In this document: piece after piece, positions 14,546 through 61,479 of the stretch
How the letters are laid out: every line of letters begins with the position of its first letter
Numbering within the stretch: the stretch's first letter is position 1
NCBI GenBank assembly: GCA_002269645.1
Contig: NIVC01001986.1
Span: 1 to 64,000 of the forward strand
DNA: 64,000 bases
Reading direction: 5' to 3'
Source of the DNA: Macrostomum lignano
Lineage: Eukaryota
Notes under the pieces: model-generated
What the model saw: only the letters and a program-made list of their open reading frames with translations
Databases searched by the model: none
What the model was told of the DNA's origin: nothing
Program-made: the position numbers and the translations under genes

Positions 14546-15014
14546 GTATTCTTCTCCTGTGCCTTGAATCCTATTAAGAGATATTAAACGCACAGTTCTA
14601 CTCAGCATTGCAGACAGTCAGTTTAAAAAAATGCAATGAGTAAAGCAGAAACGCAGTCTGTCTAAAATGTGTGAATGCACTTTACGCGCGTGCTACAGAA
14701 GCTACCGGGAAAAGTGGCTTAGAAGAGAAGATTAGTTAAGAGAGGTTTTATATTTGAGCACATACTCGTAAAGAGTGGAGCACTCGCTAAAATGAATTTT
14801 TTTCTTGGCCGATCTGCTCATCCAGACTATAATTCTGTTTCTCTGTGTTTGAACTAAATTTTTTTTCGTTGCTTTGGACAGAACAGGAATTGGGGTTTGG
14901 GTGAGAATGGCGAGTGAAGGCATGTACGTATTCTGCTGTTTAATTAAAGAGGCCACGGGCCATGGAGGATCAAACAGAGAACCTAGACAGCATTAAACGT
15001 AAATTTTGTAAAAA

Positions 15015-15355
15015 TTCTGATAAAATCAGTGAACGTGTGATACATTGAATGACAATTTGTTAAAATCGGTGAATGTGTGATGTATTCAGATACAGGGTGA
15101 TAAAATCGGTGAATGCGTGATATATTCAGTTACAGGGCGATAAAATCGGTGAATGTGTGATAAATTCAGTGACAGAGTGATAAAATCGGTGGATGTATGA
15201 TATATTCAGTGACAGAGTGATAAAATCGGTGGATGTATGATAAATTCAGTGACAGTGTGATAAAATCGGTGACAGTGTCATAAAATCGGTGAATGTGTGA
15301 TAAAATCGGTGACAGTGTTATAAAATCGGAAAAATCGGTGAATGTGTGATAAAAT
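15015..15355 (+). repeat. Degenerate continuation of the 20-bp GTGATAAAATCGGTGACAGG array
   Basis: Same GATAAAATCGGTGA core after about 470 bp of unique sequence. Confidence 0.8.
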
Positions 15356-16119
15356 CAATGGATGTGTTAATTTCCACTCATCTCTGCTTCCAATCCAGAT
15401 TTCTAACTCAAGACTTCTTTTGCCAGTAGGCCGAGATCATAGTAATCCTTGGAAAAGTACTCGGGAAGATTCTAGCCAATTATATTTTCATTTTTCTTCT
15501 GCAGTTAAAAATTTTAGAGTCGAATTGTTCAAGCCTAAAGGATGTACAGCCTGAGTGGTGTATCCAGCCGTATGCAAATACTTTTCCAAAAATGTCTGCA
15601 TTGCAGATTCTATACAGAATGCAATGCGCCTAGCTGGGAACGCAGTTTCTGAAATAAGGGAAAATGTCATGTTTCACAGTTCAACGGACCTGAATCTAGG
15701 TCGGGCCAGAATTTCCAACCCTGTCCCTGGCCCTCTTCATCGGGTTGTCGAAGATGTTTATTATTTTATATATTGCCGTAGCCAAAATTTTTGCATCTGG
15801 GGGAAAAGGAAGAGGCCATGAGAGCCGACTGTAACATGATCTGGCGCCTGAAAGTCCTTTTTGTCAGAGAACAAAATATTATAACGCTAATTTAGCGCCA
15901 AATTGGAGATTTTAGCGCCGATTTAGCTTTACGGGGGAGTTTTAGCTATTATATTGTGTTTCTACCTACTGCTGTGGCTCATGGGGAATTGCTGAAATTC
16001 TGTGGTTCATTGGGCTTACTCAAATGCTTTGAGCCAATGCTCATAAGATACCTTAGACTAGATAGCTAAGTGGCTTTCTGGGTTGATGATTTTTGTTTTA
16101 AACATCGTTTTCCTTAACA

Positions 16120-16570
16120 GAATCACAATAGAGAAAGTACATTTGTACAAGGTCAAAAGCTACATGTATTTTATTTAAAAAATGTTCCTTTCTTTGCTGT
16201 CCCTAACGGGGGGGGGGCAGATTGCTAGTCCACTATACTAAAAATGGATGTCTGTCTCTAGGTATCTATCAATGTGATTGATTTTAGAAAAAACAGCTTA
16301 ACCGTAATAAAATCACAATATTGAGTGTACCAGGTCAAAAGCTACATGTATTTTATTCAACATTTTTATTCCTTTCTTTGCTGTCACCCCAACGGGGGGC
16401 AGATTGCTAGTCCACTATACTAAAAAATGGATGTCTCCAGGTGTCTATCTGTGCGATTGATCTCAGAAAAAAAACTGCTTAACCGTAACAAAATCACAAT
16501 ATTGAGTGTACAAGGTCAAAAGCTACATGTATTTTATTCAAAATTTTTATTCCTTTCTTTGCTGTCTCCC
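16120..16570 (+). repeat. About 180-190-bp unit repeated about 2.5 times
   Basis: AATCACAATA...GGTCAAAAGCTACATGTATTTTATT recurs near 16121, 16311 and 16492. Confidence 0.8.
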
Positions 16571-16877
16571 CAACCATTTGACGCTTGTTGGCTACGCCAC
16601 ACAGGTTAGAAATGATTTCTTTTATTTTTCATAGAAAAACATGGCCTTTGCTAGCTACGTTCGTATAAGCAATTCGATGCACTAAGCGCACAGCCAATGA
16701 CAGAGTTGCTGGCTTGAGAGACCAACAAGAGTTAAAAGAATGAGAGAAGACAAAACCAGCGAGGGGATTAGGGGATTGGACCGTGTGTTTTCATGGCCAG
16801 CTGAAGAAGGATAGAGGGGAGAGCAGTGCGGTGAGAGAGGAGAAGGCAGTGCAAGCCAGTACTTTACCCAAGCCGAC

Positions 16878-17015
16878 TGCACGTCGGTACCCCAAGTCAG
16901 CTTTTGGTGGTCCTTGCAGCTCGTAGGCTGGCAAAAACCAGTCTAACCTTACCTTACTCCCAAGCTCTCTAAACTGCTGCAGCTGCCGATACCTCATCAA
17001 CTGACTAATTGCCTG
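16878..17015 (-). mobile_element. Possible decayed RNase H C-terminal fragment of a retroelement
   Basis: KVRLDWFLPAYELQGPPKADLGYRRA keeps the W..G...AD spacing of the RNase H motif LxWVPGHxGIxGNExAD, but the catalytic H, N and E positions are altered. Confidence 0.25.
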
Positions 17016-17294
17016 AGTTGTGTCACTCATTTTTTTTCTAAAAAAGAAAGAAGAGACAAAGCAGTACAGTGAGCTATCAATTTCAACCAGAGCGTACTGG
17101 GCCCAGAGCTACCCATCATTGTTAGTACTAATACATGCATATTTGAGTCGTGCTATAAGAGCGATTCTTCGAGACTTGCTTGTCTTAAGAGAGAGAGAGA
17201 AGCCGAGACAAAAAGAGGTTTGTCACTTCGGACACACTTCAGCCTCTTCTTGTCCAGCGTGGGCTATTCAAACACCCGAGCATAGAAACTTGGC

Positions 17295-17319
17295 TATATA
17301 TAATTCACCTGGACTCAGT
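17295..17319 (+). promoter_or_regulatory. Candidate TATA box (TATATATAA) and Inr-like TCAGT for the DEG/ENaC gene
   Basis: Motifs about 60-80 nt upstream of the ATG at 17377; TATA-Inr spacing is slightly shorter than canonical. Confidence 0.35.
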
Positions 17320-17376
17320 CTAATTAAAAAGGCAGGTAAGGAAACTGCAAGCTAATATTATCAGAAACAGCCAGCA

Positions 17377-18515
17377 ATGCGCGATCGAGCCGCCCGGGCC
17401 AACAAGCCTCAGACTGTTGGCGATGAGTTTCTGCGTTTTCTCACGTTCTCATCGGTTAGAGGCGTCCCCAGGCTCCTGAGAGCTCGGTCGCTTGGCTGGT
17501 CGGTCATCTGGGCCGTGTCGGTGCTCGGCTTTCTGACTGTCTCATTCTACTTCACCATCCGGCTGGTGATGCAGTTCAGCACCTACCAGACTGTCTACGA
17601 GATCAAGAACGAGTTCAACTCGCAGAAGGCGCCGTTCCCATCGGTAACCATCTGCAATCTGCAGCCGTTCTCAGCTACTTTGCTCGACAGAATCTTTGCC
17701 TCGACATCGCCGTTAGACAATGTCACGGCCGACATGTACAACGATGCGTTCCTTCGACTGCAGGCTAGCAGCGAGGACTTCCGTTCGCTAACTTGGAAGT
17801 CCTTTTTCCTGCGTAACTGGGGCCGCAAGGCCAGCGAAAAAACGGGACTCAAATTCTACGAGTTCGTGCTGAACAACACGTGCAATTTCACGTATTCGTC
17901 CAACTCAAAACTGAGATCGATGCGTTGCGATCCGACTCGGGACGTTCAGGAACTGTTTAGTTCTCGTTACCTCACCTGCTTCATGCTGTCGCCGCCGCAG
18001 AACATTTCCAATAGCACGTTCTCAGTTGAGATGGACATGTACCTGGACACCGAGTCTTCTTTGTTCAATCGCAGCCACCTGGGCGACGAATCCAAGGCGG
18101 CTCTGTTCACCCTCGAGGACTCGATCGGCGCTTTCGTCATGGTGCACACGGCTCGCACCTATCCGGAGGGCTATCACGGCGTGCACGTCCTGCCGGGAAC
18201 TAAAAGTGTAATTGAGATCACAAGCGTGAACAAGGAGGTGAAACTGGAGCACTTTGCCAAGGATCCGTGCACTAGGAAGCTCGACCAGGACATCCTGGCT
18301 CTCTACCAGGAGATCCGGCCGTTCGCTTACAAATCCACAATCTGTCGCCGACTCATGATTCAACGAATGATTGCGCGGAGCTGCAACTGCACCGATCCGA
18401 ATCACCCGGTGCCGGAGGAGCTGGCGAGTCAAGGCTTCTGCGGCGAGGTGTCGCAAGACGCCTTCTCCTCAGTGGAGAGTGTCCGCAATGCGGCGCTCAA
18501 CGCCACGATTAAAAA
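17377..18515 (+). CDS. DEG/ENaC (ASIC/FaNaC-like) sodium channel, coding exon 1
   Basis: Pre-TM1 SSVRGVPRL, TM1, FPSVTICNLQP, GAFVMVH..TYP, Cys-rich thumb CRR...CNC; donor AA|GTGAGT at 18515/18516. Confidence 0.93.
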
Positions 18516-18609
18516 GTGAGTGTCATTTGACGGGTTTGCATAGAAGGGTCTGTTTAGGATAATGAAAATTGCGATTACGGATTATGCAATGCTCACCTGA
18601 AGTGACGAA

Positions 18610-18930
18610 GGCTGGGGGCCAGCCTCCCAGATCCTCAGTTGCTGGGCCAGCCTCCCAGATCCTCAGTTGCTGGGCCAGCCTCCCAGATCCTCAGTTGCTG
18701 GGCCAGCCTCCCAGATCCTCAGTTGCTAGGCCAGCCTCCCAGATCCTCAGTTGCTAGGCCAGCCTCTCAGATCCTCAGTTGCTGGGCCAGCCTCCCAGAT
18801 CCTCAGTTGCTAGGCCAGCCTCTCAGATCCTCAGTTGCTGGGCCAGCCTCCCAGATCCTCATGCAGTTGCTGGGCCAGCCTCCCAGATCCTCAGTTGCTT
18901 GGCCAGTCTCTCAGATCCTCAGTTGCTGGG
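18610..18930 (+). repeat. 28-bp intronic minisatellite (GCTGGGCCAGCCTCCCAGATCCTCAGTT)n
   Basis: About 11 copies in the DEG/ENaC intron. Confidence 0.95.
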
Positions 18931-19479
18931 CCATTACCTTTCCAGATTCCAAATTTGGCTAAAATTTAACAGTATAAAAATGAATTCATTTTTTCTACAT
19001 TCAATCCCATTACACTCATTCTCAGAAGAACCCATTAAACTGGGTGGTTTTGGAGGAAAATTAAATAGGAAAAAAAATTGCATCCCCGCTGAGTCAGAGA
19101 TGGGCTGAGTATGAAGATGAGATGAGCTGAGCTCTGACAGATGGGATTAAATTACCCCCCCCCCAAAGATGATTGGCACAAGCGCTGTATGATGTGCGTG
19201 CAATTTAATTAAATTCTGTCAGTATAGCATTTACGCTCGTATGCGTGACAAAATTGAAGGCAACCCCAAAATTAATCTTTTAATATACATACACGTAGGC
19301 GATGCCTTTCTTCATTGCGCTAATCTCCCCGGCAAACACGCTTTTCGCAAAACACTGATTTGCCAAATTAAGCGGTTATCAACTATTTAAGCAATTAGCT
19401 TATTGATATAGTGCTGAGTTAATTAGCTCTTAATTGATCTCGGCAGGGCATTCCGACCATCAGATTTCATACCCTTTTA

Positions 19480-19720
19480 GGGACCACCTCACGCCGCGCA
19501 CCCACCACCCAAGAGTTTTTATCATTATTCCAAGCTAACCCCCACCCCGCCCACCCACCACCCCAAGAGTTTCAATCCTTATCTTAGGGGACCTCTCACG
19601 CCATGCACTCACCACCCCAAGACTTTCTGTCTTTATCTTAGGCAAACCCTCACCCCGCCCACCCACCACCCCAAGAGTTTCAATCCTTATCTTAGGGGAC
19701 CTCTCACGCCACGCGCCCAT
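19480..19720 (+). repeat. C-rich degenerate repeat (CCCACCACCCCAAGAGTTTCAATCCTTATCTTAGGGGACC)
   Basis: Several imperfect copies before the exon 2 acceptor. Confidence 0.75.
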
Positions 19721-19755
19721 TTCACACTTTCGTTTTCACACTCACACAACTCTAG

Positions 19756-20380
19756 GCTGGTGTGCGGCCTAAAAATCGAGCTGTCATCTGACCCAACTTC
19801 GAGCCACGGCGAGACCCAATGCCCCCAGCCTTGCGAAGAAATCTCCTATCGCACAACGGCCTATCAATCGTTGTGGCCGCCAAAATCGAACGAGATCGAT
19901 TTCTACCGCTATCACATCAAAGGAAACTCGCATCTGGCTAGCAAATTCAAAGTCTACGCCGAGGCTAGCGCCCTAATTGACAGCGGTCGCCTCAGCGAAG
20001 CTACGGCTCTATTAGACAATCTTGGCACCGATCTAATCAGAGAGAATTTCCTTAGATTGCACGTGTTCCGCCCGGACATTATGCTAACAATTAGCGAAGA
20101 AAAACTCCAGATCACCTTGGAGGCCCTGATTTCTCAAATCGGTGGCGCGTTCTCGCTCTGGGCCGGCCTGACCATCATTACTACTGTTGAACTCATAGAG
20201 CTGCTGTACTATGTGGCAAAGCGAGTCGTTGTTTCCTTGTCGGGGGCGCGTCCTGCCACGCAATCGGATGATGGCGCCGAAGCGGCGCCAAGAAAGCAGT
20301 CGGAGCCTGGCGGAAGCTCCGACTTGATTAGCGGCGGGGGCGGGGGCGGCTTTGCCACTCAGACTTTTAGCAAACTCTGA
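19756..20380 (+). CDS. DEG/ENaC channel, coding exon 2 (terminal)
   Basis: tctag|G acceptor in phase with exon 1; CPQPCEE..Y, NFLRLHVF, TM2 LISQIGGAFSLWAGLTIITTVELIE; TGA at 20378-20380; joined CDS is 1764 nt = 587 aa. Confidence 0.93.
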
Positions 20381-20589
20381 CGAAATGCAGCCATGTGCAA
20401 CTATAATTGATGTATGACTTTTTAAACTATTTTCAAACTTTTATGTGAGCGAATGATTTATAATATTTGTAATTATTAATATTTGAAGGTCTGGAAGATT
20501 CATGACCAATAATTGATGAAATTCTTGACTGTGTAACATATGTATCGATTTTTTCTATTGGCTAATTTATCGGTTGATCATTTGATTAG

Positions 20590-20815
20590 AAAATTGATAG
20601 ATGGATAGAAGATTTGATTGGTTTATTGATTGATTAATTGATGGATTGATTTACTCGTTGGTTGGTTGGTTGATTGACTGGTTAATTAATTGATTTATTG
20701 GCTGAATGATTAATTGATTGATTGATTGATTGTGATTGATTGATTGATTGATTGATTGATTCATTGATTGATTCATTGATTGTGATTGATTGATTGATTG
20801 ATTGTTTGATTAATT
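20590..20815 (+). repeat. Degenerate (ATTG)n tract in the 3' UTR region
   Basis: Directly visible. Confidence 0.85.
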
Positions 20816-20914
20816 GAAACATATATATTTCTCATATTTTGATTCGTCTTATTGTATACTGTAATCATTGTATAATATTTATTGATTTTTTTCAGCTTAT
20901 TGATTTTTCGATGC

Positions 20915-20920
20915 AATAAA
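20915..20920 (+). terminator. Candidate poly(A) signal for the DEG/ENaC gene
   Basis: AATAAA about 535 nt after the stop. Confidence 0.4.
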
Positions 20921-21599
20921 TGTAATCGAACCATATACGTTTAGAAATTTTATTCAAGATTCTATCTTGTAAAAATATATTAGAGACGATAAAACTAATG
21001 AGAAACACTATTGAGTTTTTACAACCATCTGTTTTTACAAGCAGCAACCATCAGTTTAATAGCAGATATGGTTGTAAAGTTATGCCACACTATAGCTAGT
21101 AGAGAGCCCTGAAAACACGGCTTAACATCTTTCAAATATTCATGCCACCATACTCGTATTTTAATGCAGTTTGTATTGACCTGAGCCTGAGTTCATCTGC
21201 CCCTACGCCCAGATGATAATTAATATTTCATATTTGGCTGCGTACAAATTTATGCACATTGAGGAGTACGCATATAGAGTCGACTCAGAATATTCTGATG
21301 AAGAAGAGGAGAGTTGAGCAGCTGCTGATAGCTGTGTTAGGATATCCTACATGGCTTCTATCCCCCTCCCCTGCTTAATGCGCAGTGCGTGACTCTAGCA
21401 AGTGTGAGAACATCTGTTCATCATCAAACAGTCTCCCATGTTGTTGCTTTCTTGTCCAGACAGACAGAAGATGAAAAATACAAGTTAAATATAGCACAGT
21501 CATGATTGCTGTGTACCAATACACCTTGTATTGATATGCAAAATAATGGTTAGAGTAGAAAAAATACATGTATTGTGTAGCGACATTATCAATAGCATT

Positions 21600-22345
21600 G
21601 TCGCTGGCGCCCCTTTGTGCTGGCGCCCCTTTGTGCTGGCGCCCCTCTATGCTGGCGCCCCTTTGTGCTGGCGCCCCTTTGTGCTGGCGCCCCTTTGTGC
21701 TGGCGCCCCTTTGTGCTGGCGCCCCTTTGTGCTGGCGCCCCTTTGTGCTGGCGCCCCTTTGTGCTGGGCGCCTCTATGCTGGCGCCCCTCTATGCTGGCG
21801 CCCCTTTGTGCTAAAGCCCCTTTGTGCTGGCGCCCCTTTGTGCTGGCGCCCCTTTGTGCTGGCGCCCCTTTGTGCTGGCGCCCATTTGTGCTGGGCCCCT
21901 CTATGCTGGCGCCCCTCTATGCTGGCGCCCCTTTGTGCTAAAGCCCCTTGGTGCTAAAGCCCCTTGGTGCTAAAGCCTCTTGGTGCTAAAGCCCCTTGGT
22001 GCTAAAGCCCCTTGGTGCTAAAGCCTCTTGGTGCTAAAGCCCCTTGGTGCTAAAGCCCCTTGGTGCTAAAGCCCCTTGGTGCTAAAGCCCCTTGGTGCTG
22101 GCGCCCCTTGGTGCTGGCGCCCCTTGGTGCTGGCGCCCCTTGGTGCTGGCGCCCCTTGGTGCTGGCGCCCCTTGGTGCTGGCGCCCCTTGGTGCTGGCGC
22201 CCCTTGGTGCTGGCGCCCCTTGGTGCTGGCGCCCCTTGGTGCTGGCGCCCCTTGGTGCTGGCGCCCCTTGGTGCTGGCGCCCCTTGGTGCTGGCGCCCCT
22301 TGGTGCTGGCGCCCCTTGGTGCTGGCGCCCCTTGGTGCTAAAGCC
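21600..22345 (+). repeat. 16-bp minisatellite family GCTGGCGCCCCTTTGT / GCTAAAGCCCCTTGGT / GCTGGCGCCCCTTGGT
   Basis: Three homogeneous blocks of variant units. Confidence 0.95.
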
Positions 22346-23806
22346 CTATCACAGGATTTTGCCGAAAAAATCTAGGCTAAGTCCCATTCCCTGCTCTGCA
22401 TTACACTTTTACATGTACTGACCCAGTCGCGATCTCTCACTTTCCCTAAAGCAAACACTTTGATCAAGTCCATGCGCAGATATGTGCACCCAACATTGAG
22501 TTTGCATAGTAAATGCGCAGAGTGCAGCTAAATAAATAACTTCTCCGCGATCTCCGCAGATTGCATTGGCACACCAATAGATATTGGACTTTTAGTTGCT
22601 ATTTTACTAATAATAGCGGTACAGCATAGATTCAATCGACCTAAAAAATTTGCGCGTACACAACTATTATAGCAAAATAAATACATGGTTTTCCTCAGCT
22701 CTGCTTGCATATGGGGCGTGGCCTGAATTAAGGATTATATGCCATGGGTAATCACAATTAAAGGGATCGAGAGGAGTTAATAAAGACTTGATGAGATGGA
22801 AATTTTTGAGATAAGCATTCAGTGTAATACATTATATCTAGCTAACATGTAAGTAACACACAAATCAAGTATTTGTGATTCTAAATGAGCTGAATGTTAT
22901 TTTAAGTATATGCAAATGTGAACTTTCACGTTGTACTTATATGATTATCTAGATACGTGTACATATAGCTGCATATTTCCTATTTTAAGTACGCTCGTTA
23001 AAATACGCTTTTCATCAATTTAACAGTGACAAGATTTTCTCACAGATTTTCCTTCTTAAGAGTTTCTTGTTAAATTATGTCTTATAATATTGTTGGCGTA
23101 TGAGTGTACCATGTACCGCTGATCATAAAGGTGCACAGGCTTCTAACATGTGTTCCAGAAACGTAAGTACATGTAGATCAGCGTCGGTCTATCCTTTGAA
23201 ATGTGCACGTGTTTAACGAACGCGAAAGAAATATGTCCATCATCGAAGTAAAATATAGTGTACATATTGGAGTATAGGCCGGAAAAATTCAACACTTCGT
23301 TACTACTAAATAATCCGCTCTAAATAATCCCTGGGTTCAGCGTTCAACATAAGATGTACATGCAGCTGCACAACGATGCGCACTTCCTTAATTTCCATAT
23401 TCACAAAGCGTATTCATTAGACCGTTTTACATTTACATTAACATTTAAGAGTGTAAAAATGTCTAAAAAATAAGAAATTAGATAAAATGTCTAATGTATT
23501 TTTTCTGAAGACTAACAAATTACGAGTACTTTTTGTTAACGTAGGTGCATGGTGCGCGTTAATTTTACGCGTTATTTTAAAATCACAATAAAAAAAAACA
23601 GATCTAACAGATTCTATTTAATATTCTTAAATCAGCTGACCGCTTTGTCTTATAACTTTTTTGCATTTTAACTTAATGTAATTGGTTTACTCAAGTGAAC
23701 CTTCCGAACTGGGTTAGACAGAGAAAGTAGTGTGCAATAAAAATTGCTACTGTAAAGATGATGTTGCACAGAGCCTTTTCGTGAAATCGGACTTTTTATC
23801 TTAAGA

Positions 23807-58575
<34,769 letters not shown>

Positions 58576-58713
58576 TAAAAAAAGCTGCGTTACATTTTTT
58601 AATTAATTGCGTCAATTGAACTTCGTGAATTTGTTTATCAGAAACAGCTGTTTGCTGTAATAACACTTTCTGTGCAGGGGACAGAGTGATTGTAATTAGA
58701 GAGACGGAGTGAC

Positions 58714-58777
58714 AATAAAAGTGACGAGGTGATATTACGAGTGACACTCGGAGTGACTGAGTAACAATCTAAATAAA
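58714..58777 (+). terminator. Two candidate poly(A) signals (AATAAA at 58714 and 58772) after the NF1 stop
   Basis: Hexamers 140-200 nt after the TGA. Confidence 0.3.
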
Positions 58778-58880
58778 ATAATGATATACTCTGTGTGTCG
58801 GCTATAGTTTGGTGAGTCCCAAGGGAAATCGCAATCCATTTCAAGATATATAGTATTATTTCAGTTTAAAAGCAGTATAG

Positions 58881-59527
58881 TGTGACGATTTATTTGGCAG
58901 GCTCAAAATGCTTAACGAGACAACGCGGCAGAGGCACAATTTGTAGCGGTAGCACTTGATGATAGTACAACTGATGCGGGCAATGGCCGCAGTCTTGTTT
59001 ATTGTAACAATATAAGAGGATAGTTAAGCTTGCTATTATCAGCTCTGCCTGAGCGGCCAACAGAGATAGGGCTGAGTAATTGCTGAATCCGGAAGGAGTG
59101 CACTGGCGGTTGCACAACAATAAGATAGATCAATTCTGGTAGGCGAAAGAACAAGTCGAGGAGCCTGAGGCAATGGTAACGGCGTGATGACAGTGAACGT
59201 GTGGTGGCGGTGCTCGCAGCGAGAGCTCGAACAGACAGTAGAGTGGCGTGACTGAGGCTTGGCAGAGGCGTGGTTTAGAACCGTGGCGGAGCGAGGCGGA
59301 AGGGAGGCAAGCAAACACGGAGTGCCGGGGTGGCAAGAGTCCAAGGAGCCTAAGGCTGGCTAACGAGTAAACAAGCACGGAGCAAGAGGCCAGAGAAAGG
59401 GGGAAGCGAGAAGGCAGGAGAGCAGGAGGGCAGGAGGGCAGGCGGCCCCGAGCGCCCCAGCCAGACAGGACTGATAAAGAGCGGGCTCGGGGTGGGTGCG
59501 CGCGGAGAACTTAATTTCAGTCTAACA
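58881..59527 (-). mobile_element. Possible solo LTR
   Basis: Minus strand begins TGTTAGA and ends AATAAATCGTCACA; GC-rich interior with AATAAA; no TSD found. Confidence 0.3.
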
Positions 59528-61271
59528 TAATTTATGCGCGGCTTTTCTATTCGCCGGCGAGAACAGAAATTATCGATCGCCTACTGTACTGAGGCTAACA
59601 AACGTACGCAAGTTATTTAAAATTCTTTGGCCAATACTTTAAGCAGAAGTGAGAGTACGGGACCATTAAATTGACAATATTACAGATTGGTACCGTATGT
59701 TAAAACGGCCCTAATTGACGGGGCTACTAAAATTGACAACGTCACAAGTAGTACCATAATTAGACAAAAAACTGCAAATTCGTTTTTGGACAAAAATCTG
59801 GAACAAACACTTCAAAGTTTATCACCTTTTAACCTAACTGTCCGTTAAAAGAAAATATGTTATAATAGATGAATTCCTATTTTATTTCAATTTTTCCTTC
59901 CTAATTGTTTTAATTACATTGACAAAAAAAACTATTTTTAGTTATAATAATGCGCACAATTTTCATAGCTTTCTAATCTTACTATAAACTAACTTTGTTC
60001 CCGTAAATTGATGGAATATAATCCATTTAAATTTTCATTGCTTGTACTTTAAGCAGTGCTTCTAGCGGAGAAAAATTTTCAAAGAGTAGAAATAGCTAGC
60101 CAAAATAAACCCACTGAATATACACATGTAGATGGCTAAATAAATTTCTACTTGGTAGTTTTTCGGTATAGACTTCATAAAAACGCTTAAGAGCTTTAAT
60201 AATAGCTGACTATATGCTTACTATACTATAGTCACGTATGTGTTTTTCCTGAGATAGCTAGCATTCTACAAACTAGACATTGCATTTCTACGATATTAGT
60301 TTACTGATGACAGAATCTTCCTACTTATAACTATACATTCATATACTTACTGTTTTTGCTTTTATAATAAATGGTCATTGAAAAACTATGATACATGCAT
60401 GTACGCTCGCCAGCACCAGATTTTGGTGCGCAACTAAGTTAAATTACGGATGCGCGGGTTAGTCGATCGCTAGACCAAAGGCCTGTCTCCTTCTCAAAGC
60501 CCATCTGTCTGATTGTCTCAGCTCAAATCGTCTTTCTCGTCTCTATATCTGGTCCTTCTCCATCCAGTTTGATTTATATACCTTGATATAAAATTCTTAC
60601 TAACTCTACTAGCCAGTTTGATTTACGAGTAATCGTGCAGTAGCTCAGTAGCTATTGATTAATCAATTTCGTTTGACCAAACCCTGCTTATTAGCCCAAA
60701 TGATCATTTTTTGTTAATAAACTTTTTGCTATATTTAAACGATAACTTAGATTAACGAGTAGTGGCATAGTGTAATTATCTATATTATCCACGTTATATA
60801 ACTAAATATTGCACGCAAATTTATTTAATTAGTATAATAATGTACTATAGTTAAATTATTAGTCCAGTGCTTGCAGCATCAGAGCGATTTTATAAAATCA
60901 AGCAGCTAATATACGCGATCAAAATTTTATCGCAGATACATGTCTACTCGTAGTCTATGAATTTTTTTGGCATCAATCAATTTCATAGTCTATGTTTGAA
61001 GTCTATATAGTACTGCGTGCCTGTTCTGTCTTTGTCTTGTTTTTCTTCTTCGCAGCTATTGCTCACTTTCTTCCTTTAGCTATAGAAATTTGCTTGCAGG
61101 CATTTCAACTTTCTACGTCCTTGCTTGTCTTACTTGCCGATTTTTTTAGCCAAATTTCAAGGCTTTATTTTTATAGATTCAAGAACAGAATAGTAGCTAA
61201 TCAATATTTAATTAAAATAGTTTTTATAATAAACAAAAGCTATCGTTCTAAAAGAAGCCAATAGCGCCGCC

Positions 61272-61380
61272 ATGGACTCAGTCGAAGCTACAGTCGAGCA
61301 GCCCAAACGTCACGATGCCGAGTTTGTTGCAGCCGCTTGCGACTTTCTTGGACCGCTTAGTGGAGACGATACAACTGCGG
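61272..61380 (+). CDS. Putative exon 1 of the kinase-like gene (MDSVEATVEQPKRHDAEFV..)
   Basis: GCCGCCATGG start context; G|GTAATT donor in phase with the exon at 62654. Confidence 0.65.
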
Positions 61381-61479
61381 GTAATTAACTCCTAGTTGAA
61401 ATACAATTAATGAAAGTATAAAAAGGCATACAATATTGCCTTATTTATTGCCCTTAGCAGCTGTGGTATTAATTCAAAG

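Noticed and set aside
21185-21320. Short acidic-ended reading frame PEPEFICPYA...YSDEEEES*
   Set aside because: No start codon or convincing acceptor and no recognisable family
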